This document shows, one piece after another, positions 57,120-64,000 of a stretch of 64,000 nucleotides of DNA. The stretch lies in assembly GCA_951406725.2 (NCBI GenBank), contig OX597815.1:124124001-124188000 (forward strand), read 5' to 3'. This DNA comes from Octopus vulgaris. Its lineage: Eukaryota. Numbering within the stretch: position 1 is the stretch's first letter; every line of letters begins with the position of its first letter. Under the pieces are notes generated by a model, which worked only from the letters and a program-made list of their open reading frames with translations, had not been told where the DNA came from and made no database searches. The translations under genes and the position numbers were made by a program.

Positions 57120-57235
57120 CATCTTGAGCTAGTCATTACGTTGGTACCATCAAATGAATAGAGTGGAACGGAGCTGTTGAAATAACCTCCATCTCCACTG
57201 ATTAAGTGCTCCCATGAATCCACAAGAACTTCACC
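57120..57235 (-). CDS. COL18A1: Multiplexin collagen, endostatin domain exon 2
   Basis: Acceptor TTTTGAAG|, donor |GTAAGT. 116 nt, phase 0-2, GEVLVDSWEHLISGDGGYFNSSVPLYSFDGTNVMTSSR(W), containing the endostatin YSFDG motif. Confidence 0.95.
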
Positions 57236-57601
57236 CTTCAAAACATAAATTAATATAAATGTAAGCAAGTATATAGACAAACATTTAAAAATTATTTTAC
57301 TTTTTGTGATTTGATACAAAGAATGGTGGGTAAAATTTACAATAAATCCCATAATGGACATTATAAATAAATATCATCAAGCATAATGCAATGTACATAA
57401 GTCTGTTTTTTGATGTCAGAAAGAAAAACTACTCCTTTGTTACAGTTTATAGAAGTAATCACTGAGGTTAATGCTACTTCCTTTTAGTAAAAAGAGGCAC
57501 ACATCATTCATTTTCTTGAAAAAACACTTCCTAAGAATGGGCAAAACAAATAACAAAAACATTTAATTTTGACTGAGTTCATCTGATCAAATTGTTATGT
57601 A

Positions 57602-58569
57602 CTGTAAATCCTCGAGTATAGTCCGCCCTTGAGTATAATACGTGGGGGATTTTTAGGGGGCTGTACCTCTGAAAAAACTAAACCTTGCGTATAATACGCA
57701 CTCCTTCTCAAACCTGAGTCAAGGAGGTCTATATAATGTCCTTGGTTTATAAAAAGGTATATGATAACATCCTTTATTATTGCCTTCTTGCCTTCTTTAT
57801 CTTTGGAATCTGTTTAATTTCATCTTTATTTCTTCTCCATAACCTGACATTGCTTTTGTCAACATCAAATTTTCTTCTGGTGGCCCTATTACCATGCTCT
57901 TCAGCATAAGATATAACTTCAAGTTTAAGCATAGCTGAATAAGATCTATGAAACATTTTATGGGCATGTAATGTATAAAATGTCTTATTGGAGATTAATG
58001 TACAGATTTAAGCCCCACTTATAAAAAACCCTAGTAAAGACCCACAGTAGTTCAAACATTTAATACTGGTATTTAATTAAGTATCTATTGTTTGCCACGA
58101 TAATGATGCAAACTGCCAATACAAACAGCAGGATGAACTATTTAGCTAAACTATTAAGCACAATTCATGCATAATTAAGCCAGCAGCACCTAGTCGAACA
58201 AACGCTTCCGTGCATGCGTAATACAATAATGGTGACGTTCTTAACTGTTATATGGGAATGTAAATATGTTTGCAAATTGTTTTTGTTACATGTCATTCTG
58301 TGTTCTGAATACTTTTATTTTAATAAATGTTGCTTACTGCAAGTTATGGATGATTCTTTTATGACTTCATTGCTTTCAGGCTTAGCTTAACGTATTTTCA
58401 CGACCGACACCACAAAATGCGTTTGAATAAACATTGCCGGACAGCAAATAGAGACTTGGACATTGCTTAGAAAATATTCTTCATTTTTAATCGCATTTAT
58501 AGTACGCATTAGGGATTTTGACCTTTAAATTTTGGGGAAAAAATGCGGATTATACTCGAGGATTTACGG
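57602..58569 (-). mobile_element. Non-autonomous pogo-like element in a collagen intron
   Basis: TA-CTGTAAATCCTCGAGTATAGTCCGC ... GCGGATTATACTCGAGGATTTACGG-TA; minus-strand relic MFHRSYSAMLKLEVISYAEEHGNRATRRKFDVDKSNVRLWRR (Brinker-type DNA-binding domain of pogo transposases). Confidence 0.85.
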
Positions 58570-58922
58570 TATTTAGAATTTGTTCTATTTTAGATGGTAA
58601 TCTCAGTCTTAAGGTGTCTTTTCAGATATCTACGTCAGAATGTGTCCTTGCAAATGGAATGCCTAATCTGTAAGCTTTCAGAAAACAGCCAAATAACTTT
58701 TAGTTCATTACAATTCATTGGTGCAATTCCTCATCATATCTAATAGGCATCTATAAAAGCAGGCAATCCATTTGCTGTGCATCAATTTATGTTTATTAAT
58801 AATCAAGAAAATATTAATACTTAACAATTGAAGTGAAAGAAATCATATAATAAAGTTCATTTTTAAAATTCTAAAAGAAATTTATTTTGTATTTAGGAAG
58901 AAGAAAATGTTTGGAATTTTAC

Positions 58923-59120
58923 CTTTGAATTCACAATTGGATAATTACGCTCTTTCTTATCATAGATTAATGTTTTCAAATCTTGAATTTGATTTGATAA
59001 GAAACCGCGGAATGTTGCTTTAAAAGATGCTCTCCGTGCTTGTTGATGACAAAATAAATCAATTGTATTAACTCCACCCATTTTTCCTGTGAGCGGTCTG
59101 TTCAATGCTATCAACCTGAG
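58923..59120 (-). CDS. COL18A1: Multiplexin collagen (XV/XVIII-like), endostatin domain exon 1
   Basis: Acceptor TTTTCCTCACAG|, donor |GTAAAA. 198 nt, LRLIALNRPLTGKMGGVNTIDLFCHQQARRASFKATFRGFLSNQIQDLKTLIYDKKERNYPIVNSK, a typical endostatin N-terminus. Confidence 0.95.
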
Positions 59121-60684
59121 CTGTGAGGAAAATGAAATCACATTAAATTTACTGTGTTGTATATTCAGAAATGCTGGTAATCAAGGCTAATTTCCAATAA
59201 TGGTATAATTATATTTAGATGACGAACTTACAAGAATTTCACATGTAAGAGGCATTATAGCAAAGATTTATGTTTACAGCATTAGAAGAGTAAAGCTGGT
59301 ATATATTTAGATGAGAGGTTCCCAACATAGAGTGTCCCTCGGTGGCAAAAACTGGTATTTCAGTAGTTGCAACAAAGTCTAAAACTATTAAATCACTCTC
59401 AAAAATAACTTTGTTCTATTAAGTTCACCAGTAGGTTGGTTTATGTGATATATGATATATTGCTTTGCAGTTAGGAGTTTATGGAATCCACCATCCCAGT
59501 AATGTATGTAGTTGAATAAAAATAAACTTAAATTAGTTATTTAAAAATTAGCATTTTCACCTTCAAACATGAAATTATTTTAGAAGTGGGTTGCACAAAT
59601 TATGCAAATGTTTCATAAGGATGCGAGCATAGAAAAGTTTGGGTAAAAGTAGATTTAGATAATGGTTTCTAATTTTGGGACAAAGCCAGTAATTTTGAAG
59701 GGAGGGGATTAGTTGATTACATGAACCTTAGAACTTAATAGACTCTTTATTTTATGGATCCCAAAGGGATAAAAAGAAAAGTTGCATTTGGTAGGATTTG
59801 AACACAGAACAGAAAGTGCTGAAAGAAATATTACAAAGCATTTTGTCTGATGGTCTAATGATTCTTGTAATACATCACCCATTGATTTAAGTAATATATG
59901 AAATGTTGCTTTGCAGCCATGAGTTTATGCAGAAACTTCCCATAGAGTCATGAGCCCTCTCGAAGATGTCTCTAAATTTGAAATTGAAATTTATGCTTTT
60001 TGAAAATGAATCTGTCTAAAAGGAGAAAGGAGTGGTTATAGTTAGATATACCTTATATTTCTAAATTTTTTAAACATACTTTGTGCATAGTTTGTTGTTT
60101 TTCTAATAAACAATCTTGAATATTATTTCCTACTGATGATATCTTTTAAATTATCAAATCAACGTTGCTATTTAAATACATGTTTTTCTGAGGGCATCTA
60201 ATTGCATTGAGCATGCTTTCTTACAGATAACTCAGAGAATATGTTACAAAAGTTTACCTTAGCAAATATTTGACAGGTGTTTTCACCTTCATCATCATCA
60301 TTGTTTAATGTCCGCTTTCCATGCTAGCATAGGTGGGATGTAATAGTATGTACAATTGCTATTAAATGTCTATAATCCTCATAACGACAACTGGAATATT
60401 TGACAAGCATGTCTTTGAGAAAATGAAGATAGGTACACTTTAAAGAATTAAAAATCTGGATAGATTTCCTCACTCTGATTCTAAGGAAATATAACCATAG
60501 CCTATGATCAAAAGCATCAGCAAGTGGTCAACTTCTAAAATATAGGAGGTCATTTTGCATTGGTTTTGTAAGATTTTTGTGAGCAATAAAGAGCTGGTTT
60601 AGAGACTATGGTAGAAACTCTTTCAGATATGTCCCAAGAAAATTTTGAAACTGAGAAGCAGTAGTATATTAAAATATTACTTAC

Positions 60685-60759
60685 TACTTTTTGGTTTTGT
60701 CGATATTTTTCCTTATCAAGATTTGGAGGAAGCACGTGTATTTCAGGTGGTTTAGGTGT
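60685..60759 (-). CDS. COL18A1: Multiplexin collagen (XV/XVIII-like), hinge exon preceding endostatin
   Basis: Acceptor CTCCTTTTTTAG|, donor |GTAAGT. 75 nt, phase 0-0, TPKPPEIHVLPPNLDKEKYRQNQKV; Pro-rich hinge in frame with the next exon. Confidence 0.7.
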
Positions 60760-61009
60760 CTAAAAAAGGAGACAAAGTAAATAATCAGCTAGGGTTTGAA
60801 ATACCACATACAAAAAGCATAAAAATTGCAAGATAGAATAATTTCTATACTAAAAGACATACATGCATTGAATATTTATAACATAAAGCATATTAAGTGA
60901 TAATATAATATTACATGATAATTAATATCTATCAATTAATATAAGTTCAAGTACAATACTAATACTAACACACACACATATACATATATAAATAGATGTA
61001 TTTGTTTAT

Positions 61010-61096
<87 letters not shown>

Positions 61097-61256
61097 TTTA
61101 TCAATATGCATGCAAATGACATTATCATATATTTTATATCAAAATATTCCACCATATGGTTAAATTACAGTATAATGCATTGCAAAATTGTAAAATTGTA
61201 CAGAGAATGTAGAAGTAATAGAATATAATTTGTTATAAATAGCAACATATACATAC

Positions 61257-61322
<66 letters not shown>

Positions 61323-61386
61323 ATATGTAAATATATATTTATATATGTACATATATATATAAATATATATATATGTATATACAAAA

Positions 61387-61453
<67 letters not shown>

Positions 61454-61866
61454 ATTACACATTCATACAGAGACATATATACACACACACACATACATAT
61501 ATATGCATGTATATATTCATGCACACATACACACACACATGTATATATGTATATTTGTGTGTGTGTATCTAGAATACTTTTTACTCAATAGATGTATTTT
61601 GCTGATATTTTGAACATGTATATTTCAATTGAATCATAAAATATAGGTGACAAAAATGAAATACAAAGAAATAAATAACAAACAAAACAATAGCAAAAAA
61701 CTGGTGCAAATAGGTGGCATATCCAAAAACACACTTTGTGATATCACACAGTGGAAATCAAAACTAGAAAAAGAATATATAAAGTGCATGTAAAATGCAT
61801 CATGGACAACAGAAAGGCATTGTGGTTAAAGTATAAAAATGTATATGTTGAAATGAGATTGGATGA

Positions 61867-61943
<77 letters not shown>

Positions 61944-62809
61944 CATATATAGATATAAATTTCAGCAATGACATTAATTATCAGCAGAAGCAGAATTGGT
62001 GTGCTGTAAAAATAACATTCCAATCAGTGAACAAAACAATGTTTCCAACAACTCTTTGATCAAAGCACATTCCCAAAAATTCTACAAGGCTCATATTGTG
62101 TGTAGATTTGTAGTTTTCCTTGACCACTCGATGACATTGATTTATTTTTATGTTCTATTTATATATATATATCATCATCATCATCATCATCATCATTTAA
62201 CATCCATTTTCCATGCCTATATAATATATGTATACATACATATAAAATATACAGTTATCTAAGAAGTCACAAGTCAGAAAAAATAGGCATCTGTATATTT
62301 GCCAATAGAGAGGGTATGTTTATCAAAGTGTAATATATCATAGATCTGTTACAGCTGACCTTACCAACTGGTTTCACACCTAATATTAAATAACAACGTG
62401 ATTATCAAATAATTGCATTCATCAGAGATGGAAAGTATGAACTATATAATGATGACAAAACTCTGTTGTCAAAGGGAAGGAAATGTTTCATCTGCTTTGA
62501 GAGTGCTGTGCAAAACATGAAACAAAGTTGCAAGCAAGAGACACAACTCTTGAAGAAACACTCTTAATTGTATCCTGTTTTTATTTAACATACTTCAGAG
62601 CACCCACAAACTGGATATGACACTTCCACATCTGCTATAACAGATAGCAGTCACAATTTTCTTCCATACCTGCCTACCTACCATCTCTGATGAGCACAGT
62701 TATTACATAACTGCAGCCACATGACTGAAATAAGTAAAAGAGTGTATATTACATATATTTTATATCTATCTATCTATCTATCTATCTGAATATTATCTAT
62801 ATATTTATA

Positions 62810-63791
62810 TTATCTTTGCAGATGACTCCAAGCTACAGAAGGTCATAAATGAGGCGAGTGACCGGACATGCCTTCAGTCAGATCTACTGGCTGTTATCCA
62901 ATGGGCAGAAAAAAACAATATGCTGCTGAACGAGGATAAATTTGAGCTAATCCACTTTGGAAAAGAGGATGCCCTGAAACTCCCATACTCCCTTCCTTCA
63001 GGTGAAACTCTCGCGGCGTCCAACAACATCAGAGACTTGGGAGTAATTGTGGACAACAACGTAAGCTGGGCCACTCATATAAACACCAAAGTTGACATGG
63101 CCCGCAGAATGTGTTCCTGGATTCTCAGAACTTTCCAGTCGAGAGATATCCACACCATTATCCTTCTCTTCTCCACTTTTGCCCGACCCCACCTTGAATA
63201 CTGTTGTCCACTGTGGTCTCCCCACACAATACAAGGTATCATAAAAGTTGAAGCACCTCAAAGGGCAATCACAAAAAAGATAGATGGCATGACAGGCCTC
63301 GACTATTGGGGTCGGCTAGAAAAGCTAAAACTCTATTCTCTCCAACGTCGTCGTGAGCGCTACATCATCTGCATGATGTGGAAAATATTCCATCAGCATT
63401 GCCCAAATGATGTTGGCATCACCTTTAAGGTACATCCAAGGCTTGGGCCCCGTGCCATCCGCCCAAAACAAAAATCGCACTCTCATCTCATAACAACAAT
63501 ACGGCACAATTATTTCACCTCAATTGGCCCCGCTCTCTTTAACATTACACCAAAACACATTAAAACAGAAACTGACCCTATAGGGTTCAAGAAGTCTTTG
63601 GACAGATTCCTTCAAGAAATCCCGGATAAACCCCCTACACCTGCATATGTCTCTGTAAACAATAACTCTCTACTTGAGTGGGCCATAGTGCCCAAATTCT
63701 GACTTGAAAGACTTCACCAGGTGGTGCTATTAAGTTAGACATGGCCTGGGCCAATAATGGCCGAAACCTATCAAAGTATCAAAGTATCAAA

Positions 63792-63793
<2 letters not shown>
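62810..63793 (+). mobile_element. Young 5'-truncated CR1/L2-group LINE, antisense in a collagen intron
   Basis: FADDSKL followed by intact ORF 62920-63702 (RDLGV, RPHLEYCCPLWSP, LYSLQRRRERY, IPDKP); (TATCAAAG)3 tail. Confidence 0.92.
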
Positions 63794-63833
<40 letters not shown>

Positions 63834-64000
63834 CATACATATATAGGCTTATATATACATACATACATACACATATATATATTTACTCATACATATATAT
63901 GTGTAAGTGTGTATATGTATATATGCACATATATAAATATAAGAAAAAATATATATATTGCTATACATCTAAACATGACCCTGTCAGTTCAGGTGCCACT

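Overview
Eukaryotic, AT-rich, microsatellite- and transposon-dense DNA whose SINE/LINE content resembles an octopod cephalopod genome (taxon is an inference). Nearly all ORF-track entries are microsatellite or TE artefacts; the real genes are split into short exons that the track mostly misses. (1) Minus strand: three spliced coding exons (32828-32943, 19287-19418, 17644-17762) assemble into a signal peptide plus a complete EMI domain, i.e. an EGFL7/EGFL8-like gene that continues left of the window. (2) Minus strand: the last four coding exons of a multiplexin collagen (COL18A1/COL15A1-like) with a complete endostatin domain (60759 down to stop at 56561). (3) Plus strand between them: collinear, stop-riddled exon relics resembling an alsin-family (ALS2/ALS2CL; MORN + VPS9) gene, about 41.7-56.5 kb, downstream of an RFX X-box and tail-to-tail with the collagen 3' end. 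The rest is CR1-like, RTE, R4/Dong-like and Penelope-like retroelement fragments, tRNA-derived SINEs, mariner/pogo/MULE-like MITEs and a Helitron. Several Penelope-type fragments carry minimal hammerhead-ribozyme motifs, including two copies with a G3-C8 swapped core. All homology calls come from reading and translating by eye; no searches were run.
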